Positions 12,756 through 25,044 of a DNA stretch of 64,000 nt are shown piece by piece. A program made the position numbers and the translations under genes. The notes beneath the pieces were generated by a model. It was not told where the DNA came from. It did no database searches and was given only the letters and a program-made list of their open reading frames with translations. Each line of letters starts with the position of its first letter. Position 1 is the stretch's first letter. The stretch is from Hemiscyllium ocellatum. Taxonomy: Eukaryota. The stretch lies in the NCBI RefSeq assembly GCF_020745735.1, contig NW_026867486.1, positions 62,001-126,000 on the forward strand. The letters are read 5' to 3'.

Positions 12756-13398
12756 TGATAAAGTACAGATACGAGACAGCCGAGGGAGTCCCTTGTGGAC
12801 TCAGACCTGTCAGCCTATCTTGGTCCCAGAGATTGTACTCTTTGGAAGTCTGGAATAAAAATAAAACTCTTACAGTTTAGTTTAATTTTAAATTGTCCCC
12901 TTCATTAATACCATCACGGTTACAACATAACACCGATACTTATAAGACAATCTAACTGGATTCTATTAACCCAGAAGAGTAGCAATCACTTCTTCCAAGA
13001 GCCCTGGCGGGCTACTCTGTGTACTATCTTTATATACAAGTTTTTTACAAAGGCGGTGCTGTTGCAAACAAGCTTTCTTTAAATGAATTTTTTTTTTTTA
13101 CAAAAGCACTGCATGTTCTGAACTAGACAGATAACAATGAAGGGCAATAATTCGGGAGAGAAGTAATTGATTCCGAGTTTCGTTCTGAGGTCAGAATCAA
13201 ACACTTTTTCATTTCACAAAGGAACAGCCATGAATGTGATCGCTCAATATCCTGTTTATACAAATTCACTGATGTTAAGGCAAATGTTCTTAATTGCCTT
13301 ACCCTCCCTGCCGGTCTATTTTCTAGTGTGGAGCAAATGTGTTCTATAATTCAACATTATATTTTAGTCTAAATGCTTAAGGACACATTTTCCTTACA
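12756..13398 (-). repeat. ERV 5' LTR (short form, ~640 bp)
   Basis: TG...CA ends (tgataaag ... ccttaca). Homologous to 5805-7262 but lacks ~830 bp of internal sequence. Confidence 0.8.
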
Positions 13399-13399
13399 A

Positions 13400-14560
13400 A
13401 CATTCTCACGACCCCTTTCAAAGTTTCGTAAGTTCTTTCCTATATCAGGGGGAGCAAAACTTAATGTAGTATTCCAAAAATGCCCTAACCAACATACAGC
13501 CACAATATGACCTCACAACTCCTTTATTCAATGCTCTGACCAATAAAGGAAATCATACCAAACGCCTTCTTCATTCGTCTATCTACCTGCAACTCCAAGA
13601 TCTCTTTGTTCAGCAACACTCCCCTTAACTGTCAATCCTGCCTGGATTGCTCAACCAAAATGCAATACCTCATTTCTCTAAATTAAACTCTGTCTGACAT
13701 CCTCAGCCTATTGCCCATCCCAAAAATTCTAATTTATAGCAAACTCTCTTTGCTCTCTTATTCCCTAGAAGCTGAAAATCTTCATACCACACACTCCCCC
13801 TCTGTTTTCACTTTGCTGAACCGAATCCCTGCTGTACCACATTCTGAAGGGTCAAAATACTGACCAGCCAGGATGAGTGGACGTTGAGAAGATGTTTCCA
13901 TTGGTAGGAGAGACAAGGAGTTGAGGGTACAGCCTTACAATAAAGGGAAGACCTTTTAGAACAGAGAGAAGGAGAAACCTCTTCAGCCAGACAGTGGTGA
14001 ATCTATGGAATTCATTGCCATAGACAGCTATGGAGGGCAGGTCGCTGAGGATATTTAAGATTGAGATAGATAGGTTCTTGAGTATCAAGGGGATTGAGGG
14101 TTACAGTGAGAAAGTGAAAGGATGGGATTGAGAAACTTATCAGCCACGATTGTGTGGTATGAACAGACCTGATGGGCTGAACAGCCTAATTTCTGCACCT
14201 TTGTCAGATGGTCTTTTGCTGTCCTGGGCACAGGGTGTCAGAATTGGGAGCAGGAGTAGACCATTTGGTCTTTCGAGCCTGCACCAGCATTGAACACATC
14301 ATAACTGGGTATTAGTCTACCTACATCTTGTAAATAGACTGTGACTTTTCTCACTGGAGCACAGGAGGTTGAGAGGTAACCCTATAGAGGTTGTTTAAAA
14401 TCATGAGGGGATAGATGAGATGAATCGCAGGTATCATTGCCCTCGGGTGGGGGTTTTAAGATTAGGCAGCAAATTTTGAAGGTGAGAGGAGAAAGATTTT
14501 AAAAAGTCTTGAGGGGCAGCATTTTTTTTTTAAAAAGAGAGTGGTTTGTGTGTGAAATTA
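13400..14560. mobile_element. Degenerate CR1 fragments in both orientations; paralogous to 55350-56540
   Basis: CR1 RT and 3'-end sequence, in the same order as at 55350-56540. Confidence 0.75.
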
Positions 14561-14797
14561 TTATCCAGACATTTTCTCACCTTCCCCCCATAAACATCCA
14601 CTTCTTTGTTGTTCAAAAATCACCTGAACTCAGCCTTGAATATATTCAATGACTCCTTAACTGCAGGAAGAAATCCCCACTTCTGAACTCAATTCCTCTT
14701 GCTAATATACACTTGCTTTGCTCATTGCTCGCTGCACCTGACAAATGGCATTGACTGGTGTACAAGGATGCTGAGGCCCCTTTGTACATCCACACAT

Positions 14798-14930
14798 CAT
14801 TCCTGATGAAGGGTTCATGCCTGAAATGTCAACTCTCCTGCTCCTGGAATGCGGTTTGACCTGCTGTGCTTTTCCAGCACCACACTTTTCAACTCTGATC
14901 TCCAGCATCTGCTGTCCTCACTTTCTCCAT
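14798..14930 (+). mobile_element. Penelope terminal repeat with degenerate hammerhead motif
   Basis: attc CTGATGA agggttcatgcct GAAA tgtc, followed by the family tail ctccagcatctgc. Confidence 0.75.
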
Positions 14931-15034
14931 AACCCAAAAAAGTACATCAACATTCAAACAATGCACATCCTTTCTGATTTTTTTTTAACATAGCAAAAGC
15001 TCTAACTTCACATTGGCCATGTGTTTGCCATTTG

Positions 15035-15510
15035 TGGTCTTCTCTACATTGGGGAAACTGAGCATAAACTTGGGGAACAGTCCGCAGCCAGGGCCGCAGA
15101 GGCTGACCAGACCTGCCAGTCACCACCCATTTTAATTCCCCTTCCCACTCCATTTCTGACATGAACATCTTTGGCCTCCTCCATTGCCACAACGAACCAA
15201 ATCGCAAATTGGAGGAACAGCACATCTTCCATCTTGGCGGCCTGCAGCTTGGAGGACTCAACATTGAGTTCACCAATTTCAAATAATCTCCCTCACCACC
15301 CCTTGAATCTCTTCCCAGCCCATCCCCTCCACCACCAACCAGATTCCTTCCTCCCGGTGACCAACCAACCCTGCCCCCAGCACATCCTTGTTCTGCAGCT
15401 CTCCCTACACCCATCCCCAGTCCTGAACAAGGGTGACACCGAAAACATTGACTTGACCTCCTGACACTCCCTGGCTTGCTGCATTCTTCCAGCCCCCTGC
15501 CTGTCTATTT
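15035..15510 (+). mobile_element. Penelope GIY-YIG and 3' fragment; inverted paralogue at ~47170-47790
   Basis: ctctacattggggaaac (LYIGET-like) and PVTTHFNSPSHS..LEEQH-like sequence. Confidence 0.75.
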
Positions 15511-15924
15511 TGCCAATTGAGTCACAGACCTGGCCTAACTTTTCCCAAGTCTGTCCACTCCCTGGATTCACTCCCTTTCCTTTCAGTTGCAGCAAGTCAA
15601 CAATTGAACATCACAATGAAAAATAAATGGAAAAGAGGATGAGAAATGAGAGTGTCGTACTCTTGGTCAATCAAAAGAAAGACTCACACCTTTTCTGCCA
15701 ACAGTGAGGAACACACGCAATGTTTCGGTGACACTGGTGAACATGCGCCATGCTTCTTGACACAGGAGCGCACACAATATGCTCAGTGGCGCTGCTGGTA
15801 TTATTGACAGATTTTAAGTGTCCAAATGCCAATAGGAGAAAAAAAAGGGTAGAGCCACAATTGTTTTCCCCATATGGTACAATATTTTATTGCTTTTCCA
15901 TCTTGTCTGGCTGCTCAACTTTTT

Positions 15925-16255
15925 TGACTTTTCCCCAGTGTAGGGGTGAAGTTCAGAACTAGAGAGCAGAGGTGTAGGGTGAGAGCAGAAAGATATAAAA
16001 GGTACCTAAGGGACAACTTTTCCATGCAGACGGTGGGGTGGTGTGTGTATGGAATGAGCTGCCAGAGGAAGTGGTGGAGGCTGGTACAATTACAGCACTT
16101 AAAAGGATCTGGGTGGGTATATGAATAGGAAGGGTTTAGAGGCATATGAGCCAAGTGCTGGCAAATGGGACGAGATTAATTTAGGATATCTGGTCAGCAT
16201 GGACGGGTTGGACCAAAGGTGTCTGTTTCCGTGCTGTACAACTCTGACGACTCTA
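15925..16255 (+). mobile_element. CR1 3' end
   Basis: gtatggaatgagctgccagaggaagtgg motif followed by the CR1 3' UTR. Confidence 0.85.
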
Positions 16256-16557
16256 AATAATAAAAAGTATAAGTTGACAAATAACAAACGATATCCATGT
16301 TAACAAGGCTTAGCTCACCACATGCTTTACTAACCATTCTCCACAGATCCTATCCCTGCAATGACTGAGGAACAGATGCTGGTGCATCATCTCCTCCACT
16401 AGTATTTACACACTAGTCTAAGGAATTGCACAAGTAACAGTGAGGGGTAAACAGCACAAGCGCCAGTAAAAGCAGATGGAAAGTGAGTGTAAAATGTGAC
16501 TATGACAGGACAGGCCCCACATTCCTTCCCCTCCGTCCCCCCCACAACCTGCCTCAC

Positions 16558-16809
16558 CTTTCACCTCCCGGGCCCAGTACCTTCCAGGTGGCCCCATAGT
16601 TGACACAGGGGCCGCCCCACGACCAGTAGAACTCCACCACCCAGGCGGCCGACCAGTTCCCAACAGGTCCTTAACCCCATCCGCCTCCAGAATGGTCACC
16701 GGCTCCTGCCTGCTGTACAGCCGGCCGGTGTGGGCCGTGACACAGCAGCTGCGCCAGGAAGGCGGCGGTGACCAGTGACGGGGGTCTGCCCCGGGCCGCA
16801 CGGCGCCAT
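16558..16809 (-). pseudogene. QSOX-family sulfhydryl oxidase exon 1, disabled (copy 1)
   Basis: Signal-peptide-like [56 protein letters not shown], then donor AAG|GTGAGG. Frameshifted. Confidence 0.85.
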
Positions 16810-18412
16810 TTTCCTAACGGCCGCCGCTTCCCCGCTCGAGCGACTTCTCCTCCCAACCGCCTTCACCCCCGCGTGACGTCTGCACGGGGGATGGGCGGGG
16901 CCGGGGGAGCCTCACCGTCACCAAGCAACAGCCACCTCGCGCTACAACTGCTCATTCACAAAAACAAACTCTCCTGTCTCGCTCTGCAGCTGCAGGGGGG
17001 ACACTGCCACGTTTCGAGGAGCCCTGTCTACATTGGGAAAGCTCACGGCTCCATTTAAACAGATATTCCGACATCGAATACAACGATGTTAACTTTCAAC
17101 TGCGTTCAGGGAACATGTATTTTGCTCTGAGTAAGTCTATTGAGTTTAACTGCAGCATGGCTGTAGTTTTAAACTTGTTTGCTTTCCTGAACAGCTAGGT
17201 TTAAATGTTTTATTCGTTAGAAGAACCAAAATTAGTGATAGTTCACATATCCACCCTGAAATGGGGTGGGTAACTGGATCGAGTGGGTAGGCGCCATACT
17301 AAGTTTAACTTTGGGGACAGCCTTTGAGCTGCATATGAACAAACTGCTTACATGTTGCACTTATCGACTGCTAAATATCGGCTCTTGTTATCTTAACACT
17401 TAGCCTTCTGATTGGACATTGCAAAGGTTCACCTCCCGCCCACACCCCGCCAGCACCCTTCCCAAGGGTCAGACCCTCCCTCTCTCCAGGCACACAGTCT
17501 GAATAATTGACGAAGCAAAATTCACTGTCAAATCCCATCAACATGGAAGATCCCAGCCCACCCTACCTCCCACTCTGTACCCAACCCATCCAAAAACCAC
17601 AAAACATCATCTCATCTTTAAAAAACAAAAGAAAAACTGGACCGCATCAAAACGTTCAACAACGGTCAACGCTATGACTGTTACACAACACTTTACGGAG
17701 CTACATTTCAACTCGAGTTCGTTTGCAACCCCTCATGAGAGTTCACATTAAAAGCTCATTGTACCAAATCAACGGCATGCCACAGCTCTCTGGAATTCAG
17801 CGGAATTCTTCCTGGTATCCCTCATGTTTTCTGGTGTTTTTGAGAAAGGAGACCCTCCCGTTAGCTTCGCCTTCAGATCTCCTTGGCTACGCCCAAAGTT
17901 TCGGCTGATCAGTTCAAGCACAGGGTCGCAGCCTTTTCTTGCTAAGCTCAGCTGGCTTAAACGTTAGCAACGCCTCTGGTTCCCGTTGGGATTTACGCTC
18001 CCGAGCGCAGACCTGGCCCGCAGCCTGTAGTCCCACAGTTCCTGCTGACTGCAAACTGCCCTTCTGTCAGCAAAAATACAAACACGACGGGGACAGTGTT
18101 CATTTCGCTATTCTCAATGTCAACTCTGACCCCACGAAAGGGTCTCTTTTCAGGGGCGGGCATGTCAATTGCCTACTTGGGGTTTGGTGAAATGTCTCAA
18201 CAAGTGTTTCCGTTTGTCTATATTTACAAGAATTCTAACCCCAACTAGACATTTACATGTAAAATCTAAGAATTATGCAACGTGACACATGAAAGCATGA
18301 TGAGGAGCATCTCCTGTGTCCTCTCTCAGCTCAGAGAAGACTTAAACCCCGCTCCCCCCTGTAACATTCCTCCAGGTGACAAAAGGAACTTAACGCAGGC
18401 GGATTACAAGGG

Positions 18413-18590
18413 GTTGCTCAGTGGGCACAGCGCCAAGGGACCCGGGTTCAATTCCAGCCTCAGGGGCGACTGTCCGTATGGAGTTTGCACATTTCCAGCC
18501 TGCGCCTGCGAGGGTTTTCTCCGGGTGCTCCGCTTCCTCCCACAATCCAAAGATGCGGAGGAGAGGGTGGATTGGCTATGCTAAATTAGC
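18413..18590 (+). mobile_element. HE1-like tRNA-derived SINE head (copies at ~43910-44090 and ~61148-61330)
   Basis: A-box-like gctcagtgg and B-box ggttcaattcc, followed by tggagtttgcac. Confidence 0.8.
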
Positions 18591-18650
18591 CATAGTACCT
18601 AGGGATGTGTACGTGAGGGTGGATTGGCCATGCTAAATTACCCATAGTAC

Positions 18651-19018
18651 TGTTAGGACGGAATTTGTCCTTGCATGTTCGTTTTAGGAGGAGAGACAAC
18701 AGACGCTCAATTGTTTGGCACAAGCAGACTTTATTGCAGAATCGTAGCTGATACAGTGAATCACCCTGCATTCACTGGAGAAGGCACGTTCTGCCTTCCC
18801 CTCCCAAATCTGCTCCTGATATACTCTTTGCTAAGCAGAGCTTCGCGGAGCTACTAAGCATTGCCTTATTAGGACATTTCGCGTTTGCTAGGCGTTGGCA
18901 GCTGAGCTGGTCACGTAAGCAACAGTTTCGATTTCCCAAGCAGCAGCTACAGCTACAGTTTCGATTCCCCAAACAGCAGCTATAGCTCCACCCTCCCTTG
19001 ACCTATTTTATCCTAACA
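18651..19018 (-). mobile_element. Solo LTR (copy 1)
   Basis: TGTTAGGA...TCCTAACA termini, 4-bp TSD GTAC, internal TATA-like sequence and AATAAA on the minus strand. Confidence 0.85.
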
Positions 19019-19450
19019 GTACCCAGGGATATGTAGGATTGGGTAATTGAGCATGGCCAATCTACCCTAACCTACACATCCCTGGGTACTATGGGTAATT
19101 TAGCATGGCCAATCTACCCTAACCTACACATCCCTGGACACTATGGGTAATTTAGCATGGCCAATCCATCCTTAGTGTAGGATTGGCCAGGCTAAATTGT
19201 CCTATAGTATCCAGGGATGTGCAGGTTTGGGTGGATTGGTCAGGCTAAATTACCCATAGTGTCCAGGGTTGTGTAGGTGAGGGTGGATTGGCCATGCTAA
19301 ATTGTCCTATAGTATCCAGGGATGTGCAGGTTTGGGTGGACTGGCCGTGCTAAATTACATAGTGTTTGGGGATGTGCAGGTTAGGGGGCATTGGCCATGC
19401 TAAATTACCCATAGTGCCCAGGGATGTGTAGGCTAGGTGGGTTAGCCAAT
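19019..19450. repeat. ~50-bp minisatellite derived from the HE1 SINE body, with an internal orientation switch
   Basis: Repeated gggatgtgtaggttagggtggattggccatgctaaattacccatagt units and their reverse complement. Confidence 0.85.
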
Positions 19451-20309
19451 GGGAATTGCAGGGTTACAGGCAGAGGTCTGGGTGAGGTGTGGGTTGGATG
19501 GGCTGAAGGGCCTATTCCTACACTGCAGGGGTTCTAAGCGTGAGATGAGGTGCTTGACGGAAACGATGGGGAAGAGGCAGTGAAAACACAACGAGACCGT
19601 TTGAAAGTGGGAGCATGACAGGAGGGGGTGGGTAAATGGGATGTGGTGAGGGAGGGGGCTTAGGAGAGAAAGAGACACAGAAAGAGAGGGTCACACACAG
19701 ATGCAACTGGTGAAAGAGGGGAAGATTGTGATAGGTTCAGATAAGGTGGAGGAAGAAAAGCTGTTCCCTATTCACTGATAGTGACAAGGTCAGGGGCGGC
19801 CTGAAGTTCAGGGGTTTGAGCAGGAGAGGGGGGAAAACAGAGGAAAAACAGGTTTACCCAGCAAGCAGCAATATGCTGGAATCCGCTGTCACCTCAGAGA
19901 GACAGACAGAGCAGAGGCAGATGCAGAGAGAGAGACACAGAGAGAGACAGAGACGGGGAGGTAATCAGATGAATGGCCTCCCTGTGCTGTGAGATCCAAA
20001 AGGAGCACGCGAGCAGCTGCCCCAGTGTTTCTGGCGGTCTGAGGCATCTCCCCTCGCTCCATTACTGGTACCGCTCTCCCGTCCCGTTGGCACCCTCCCG
20101 GTGAACGGCCCACTCTCCCAATGCACTCAAGCTGCCCGTTCCCCTCCCGGGGGCTGGAAGAGGACGGAACAGCCCGTTCCGGAGCGGGGCTCGGGAACGC
20201 TGCCCATGTCCGCGACGTCCTTTCCGAGAAAGGAAACAAAGACAACAGACAGGGGACCACCCGCATCAACGGGAATGACAACATTTCACCCTCAGACAAG
20301 GCTTTGTCA

Positions 20310-20790
20310 AGAGATGTACAGCACGGAAACAGACCCTTCGGTCTAACCCGTCCATACCGACCAAATATCCCAACCCAAATAGTCCACCTGCCAGCACCGG
20401 CCCATATCCCTCCAAACCCTTCCTATTCATATACCCATCCAAATGCCTCTTAAATGTTGCAATTGTACCAGCCTCCACCACATCCTCTGGCAGCTCATTC
20501 CATACACACACCACCTTCTGCATGAAAAGTTGCCCTGTAGGTCTCTTTTATATCTTCCCCTCTCACCCTAAACCTATGCCCTCTAGTTCTGGATTCCCCA
20601 ACCCCAGGGAAAAGACTTTGCCTATTTATCCTATCCATGCCCCTCAATTTTGTAAACCTCTATAAGGTCATCCCTCAGCCTCCGACGCTCCAGGGAAAAC
20701 AGCCCCAGCCTGTTCAGCCTCTCCCTGTAGCTCAGATCCTCCAACCCTGTCAACATACTTGTAATCTTTTCTGAACCCTTCCAAGTTTCG
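20310..20790 (-). mobile_element. CR1 3' fragment (copies at ~41750-42235 plus and ~62855-63345 minus)
   Basis: VWNELPEDVVEAGTIATFKRHLDGYM. Confidence 0.9.
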
Positions 20791-21212
20791 CAACAGCGGG
20801 GAGACCCAGAAATGGAAAAGACTGAAGGGGGAAGTCAGCGGTAAATCTTTTGAAGAGGTTACAAAGGAGAGACCTCTGTCTGCAGCGGGAATGACCCCAC
20901 AGTAGCAGGTCGAGGTGGACGGCATTTAAGGAGAAGCTGGATACAGACGTCAGGGAGAAAGGAACTGAAGGGAATGCTGCTGTAAGGGAAATCAAGTGTG
21001 AGCAGTGAAGAGGGGAGGTGCGTAGAGGCTCACATGGGTCAGAAATACTGAGAGAGACCAGTTGAGCTGAAGGACCTGACTGGAGACTCAATGGGACAGA
21101 GAGTGAAATTTGGATCACCTGCAAGAGAAGGAGAAACACGTGATTTACCTTCCAGGATTAAGCAAGTCCCGCAGATTCTGCAGATCACTTTTTTGGTCAG
21201 AGCACTGAGTAT

Positions 21213-21225
21213 NNNNNNNNNNNNN
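21213..21225. other. Assembly gap (13 N)
   Basis: Run of n. The paralogous copies contain ~130-150 bp at this point (63767-63897; ~41178-41328). Confidence 0.99.
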
Positions 21226-21497
21226 GCCCAACCAGTCCACACTGACCCTCTGAAGAGTAACCCACCCAGACCCATTTCCCTCTGACTAATGTAACTAACA
21301 CCACGGGCAATTTAGCATGGCCAATTCACCCTGACCTGCACATCTTTGGACTGTGGGACGGAACCGGAGCACGAGGAGGAAACCCACGCAGACGCGGGGA
21401 GAATGTGCAAACTCCACACAGTCTGTCGCTGAGGCAGGAATGAAACCCGGGTCCCTGGTACTGTGAGGTAGCAGCGCTAACCACTGAGCCACCGTGC
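21226..21497 (-). mobile_element. HE1 SINE
   Basis: Reverse complement of gcacggtggctcagtggttagc ... tggagtttgcacattctccc. Confidence 0.9.
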
Positions 21498-22238
21498 TGG
21501 TTCATCTAATTCTGGATAATTGAAGTTCCTCTGTATTATGTGCACTTCTGGTCTATCGGAAGGATGTTCCCCCGTGTGGACCCGCTGGTGGATCTGGAGG
21601 CCGGATGAGTGGGGAAGCCCTTGCCACAGATGGAGCAGGTGAAGGCACCCTCGCCGTGTGCACCTGCTGGTGCCGCAGCAGGCTGGACGAGTGAGAGAAG
21701 CCCTTGCCGCAGACGGAGCAGATGAAGGACCGCTCCGCGGTGTGGACCTGCTGGTGCCGCAGCAGGCTTGACGAGTGAGAGAAGCTCTTGCCACAGACGG
21801 AGCAGCTGAACGGCCTCTCCCCGGTTGGACCCGCTGGTGGGTCAGCAGGTGCGACGAGCGGGTGAAGCCCTTGCCGCAGACGGTGCAGGTGAAGGCCGCT
21901 CCCCGGTGTGGACCTGCTGGTGCTTGAGCAGGCTGGACGAGTGAGGAAGCCCTTGCTGCACACCAAGCAGGTGAAGGGCCGCCCCCGGTATGGACCCGCT
22001 GGTGCTTGAGCAGGCTGGACGATTCGCTGAAGTCCTTCCCGCACTCAAGACAAGCGAACGCCGCTCCCCGGTGTGGACCCGCTGGTGGGACAGCAGGTGG
22101 GGCGACTGGGTGAAGCCCTTGCCGCAGACGGAGCAGGTGAAGGGCCGCTCCCCGGTGTGGACACGGTGGTGGATCTCCAGCATGGAGGGATAGCGGAATC
22201 CTTTCCCGCAATCCCCACACTTCCACGGTTTCTCTCAT
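21477..22238 (-). pseudogene. C2H2 zinc-finger gene, 8 fingers, multiply frameshifted (arm A counterpart of 39905-40924)
   Basis: CxxC...HxxxH-TGERPF repeats spread over three reading frames. Acceptor at 22488-22489. The frameshifts may be sequencing errors near the contig end. Confidence 0.85.
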
Positions 22239-22621
22239 GGCGCGCGGAATGCCTCCTGAGACTTCCTTTCCCCACAGTGGGCAAACTGGCTCAGGCACGT
22301 GCCCCTGTGGTTCAGGTAAAGATGATACTTTAAGAGCCTACTGAAGCAGACAAAAACGTTCAAAGAATTTTCCCCTTCTGGACTGAAAGAGGGACGTCTC
22401 TCCTGTCCCACGAATCAAGGGGCTCTGTCAGACCTTCACATGGTACTCATTGGGGAGCTCTACCTGCAAAGCTGCTCTTCTCATATCCTGTGAAAAGGGA
22501 TTACAAAAGTCATTGCTGCCTGCACATGACAGGAATTCAGAACAGATCATTCTAGTTTCTGTAGAACTTCCCAAAACAACCAAGTTACAATATGCAGATG
22601 CCAGTGTTGGGCTGGGGTGTA

Positions 22622-23044
22622 CAAAGGTAAAAAAAATCACACATCACCAGGTTGTAGTCCATTAGATTTGTTTAGAAGTTCGAGCTTTCAGAGCTCTGCA
22701 CCTTCATCAGGTAGCTAGTAAAACCTCCAGGCGAAAAAGACAGCAGATGCTGGAGATCAGTGTGGTGCTGGAAAAGCACCGCAGGTCAGGCAGCATCCGA
22801 GGAGCAGGGAAAAAATAAAAAAAAATCGACATTTCGGGCAAAAGCCCTTCATCAGGAATGAGGAAAGAATGAGGACACTTTCCTCATTCCTGAAGACGGG
22901 CTCATGCCCGAAACCTCGATTCTCCTGTTCCTTGGATGCTGCCTGACCTGCTGAGCTTTTCCAGCAACACATTTCCAGCTCTGATCTCCAGCATCTGCAG
23001 ACCTCATTTTCTCCTATAACCTAGAGTTGTGATTTTTAACTTTA
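22622..23044. mobile_element. Nested fold-back of Penelope terminal repeats with hammerhead motifs (mirror copy ~39100-39520)
   Basis: Inner ~130-bp inverted arms 22741-23010 centred on aggaaagaatgaggacactttcct. Outer inverted ends at ~22622-22660 and ~23016-23044 belong to a second family. Confidence 0.85.
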
Positions 23045-23274
23045 AAAAGTGTTGCAAATCTCCACCCCACACACACACAGACACACACACTTTTCTTCAA
23101 TTCTCACTCTGCTGTTTCTGATATTACCCATCCCCCAGTATTGTCCAGAAAGGGACTTATTACCTAAAAAAGCTGTAAAACTCCATCCCACACACTCTTT
23201 AACTCTTGCTGTACCTAATATTCCACCTCCCTCCCCATGCTCCAGCAGGGTCTGACTGATGCTCATTGACTGAG

Positions 23275-23700
23275 CCACACTCACCTCTTCCTGGACACAG
23301 GGACCCTCCAGACCAACACAACATCAGCTCCCCATAACCCCCCCGCAACGGCGCATGTGCAGGAGCATCCGGTCACGTGAATCGAGGGACCGCCGTCGTC
23401 ACAAAGACCGCGCGTTCATTGGACGAAGTGCCCGTCCGTGCGGCGGCGCTGGTCTTTGTGACGCCCACGTGACCTCTCTCCTCCACCAACCCCCACGCGC
23501 CCGTCCCTTCACCTCGACACGGGGAGGCATGACCAATGGGGAGCTTTGGAGGACCGGAAGGAAGGAAGGCTGGTCCTCCTACCAATCAGAGCATCCCCTC
23601 ATTGTCTGAATGCGGAAGTTGTAGCATGAGCTCCTGCTGCTCTCTCTCTCTCTGAATGAAGATTGAGTGTTACCCCAGACTGCACCAACCTCTGTGAGTA
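23275..23700. promoter_or_regulatory. Putative bidirectional CpG promoter with divergent first exons (arm A)
   Basis: Two GTCACGTG E-boxes, CCAAT boxes, NRF1-like and ETS (GCGGAAGT) sites. Donors at ~23280-23285 (minus) and ~23694 (plus). Confidence 0.7.
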
Positions 23701-23919
23701 CAGCACCCTCTCTTCTCACCCCTCCTATTCCATTTCTTTTCTCATTTTGGGATTAAACTGTTGGTTTGTAGGAAGTGAAGTGAAAGGAGGTGAACTCAGG
23801 AAAGGTGCATATGCTGGATGCATTGGTCTAGATCGCTGTCTCTGTCCCTCTGTGTCTGTTTGTCTTTGCTCCTCTGTGTCTGTGTCTCTCTCTCTCTGTC
23901 TCTGTCTCTGTCTCTCTCG

Positions 23920-24590
23920 TGTCCTTCATCAGGAATTGCGGAGGGGGAGGGGTGGAAAGGGTGCGGAGAGATAAATAGGAAGGTGGGAGTGGGGCTGGGG
24001 GTAAGGTAGATGCAGGTTGGGTGGGTGGTGATGGCAACAGGGTGGAGCAGATTGGTGGGAAGGAAGATGGACAGGTGGGACAGTTCAAGAGGGTGGTGCT
24101 GAGTTGGAGGGTTGGAGCTGGGGTGGGAGGGGGAGGGAATGTGAGGAAACTGGTGATATCGATGTTGATGCCATGTGGTTTCAGGGTCCTAGGCCACCTG
24201 ATACCTGGAGGAAGAATGCCTCTGCATTGGGACCCTCCAACCATACAGGATCAATATTGATTTCACCAGTTTCCTCATTCCTCCCGGCCCCTGCCCAATC
24301 CCAGATACAACCCTCGAACTTGGGACTGCTCTTTTGAACTATCCCACCTGTCCATCTGCCTTCCCATCTATCTGCTCCACCCTCCTCTCTGACCTGTCAC
24401 CTTCTTCCCCCGCTTTCATCTACCCATAGCATTCTCAGCTCCCTTCCCCAGTCCCACCTCCCTCCCATTTATCTCTCAGTCCCTTTGGGCCCACCCCACA
24501 TTCCTAATCAAGGGGTTATGCCAAAAACATCAAACCTCCTGCTCCTCAGATGCTGGCTGACCTGCTGTACTCTTGCAGCACCAGACATTT
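23920..24590. mobile_element. Two inverted Penelope 3' fragments (mirror ~37520-38210)
   Basis: Similar to the 3' region of the Penelope elements at 1-200 and 30797-31150. Confidence 0.75.
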
Positions 24591-25044
24591 TGGTGCTTAT
24601 TTGTCTGGATGTTCTGATGTGACCCATTCGCAGATGTGAAGTCACATTCGAGAAAAACTCCTCCATGGAATGTGGGCTTTCTTTTTGGCAAGGCCAACAA
24701 TGTTTTTGTCACTAACTGCCCTTCAGACAAGAGGATTGCCAGACTTTAGGGGGCATTTTAAAAGTCAAGCACGTGAGCCGTCATATGCAGGCAGCACCAA
24801 GTTAACGCTGACGGATTTCCTTCCCTGAAGAGCGTTATTGAATCAAATGGGTTTTCAGAAAAGTTTCATTCTCTCAATGACTGAGACTAGTTTTCAATTC
24901 AGATTTTTAAAAAAATTTAAATTTAATTTCCCCAATGTTTGTTTTTACTGGTATTTGAACCCATGAGCCCAGATTATTTGCCTGGTGCCTCTGGATTGCT
25001 GGTCCAGTGTTGTTGTAACATCACTGACTCGCCTGGACAGCATT

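Larger units (their letters stand above)
5805..13398 (-). mobile_element. Defective class I (epsilon/gamma-like) endogenous retrovirus: LTR-gag-pro-pol(partial)-env remnant-LTR
   Basis: Two homologous LTRs, PBS, PPT, gag zinc knuckle, DTG protease, RT motifs and an env TM remnant, all on the minus strand. Confidence 0.9.

Noticed and set aside
19019-19450. CRISPR-like regular repeats
   Set aside because: Units are contiguous degenerate copies of a SINE segment with no unique spacers, in a eukaryotic context with no cas genes.
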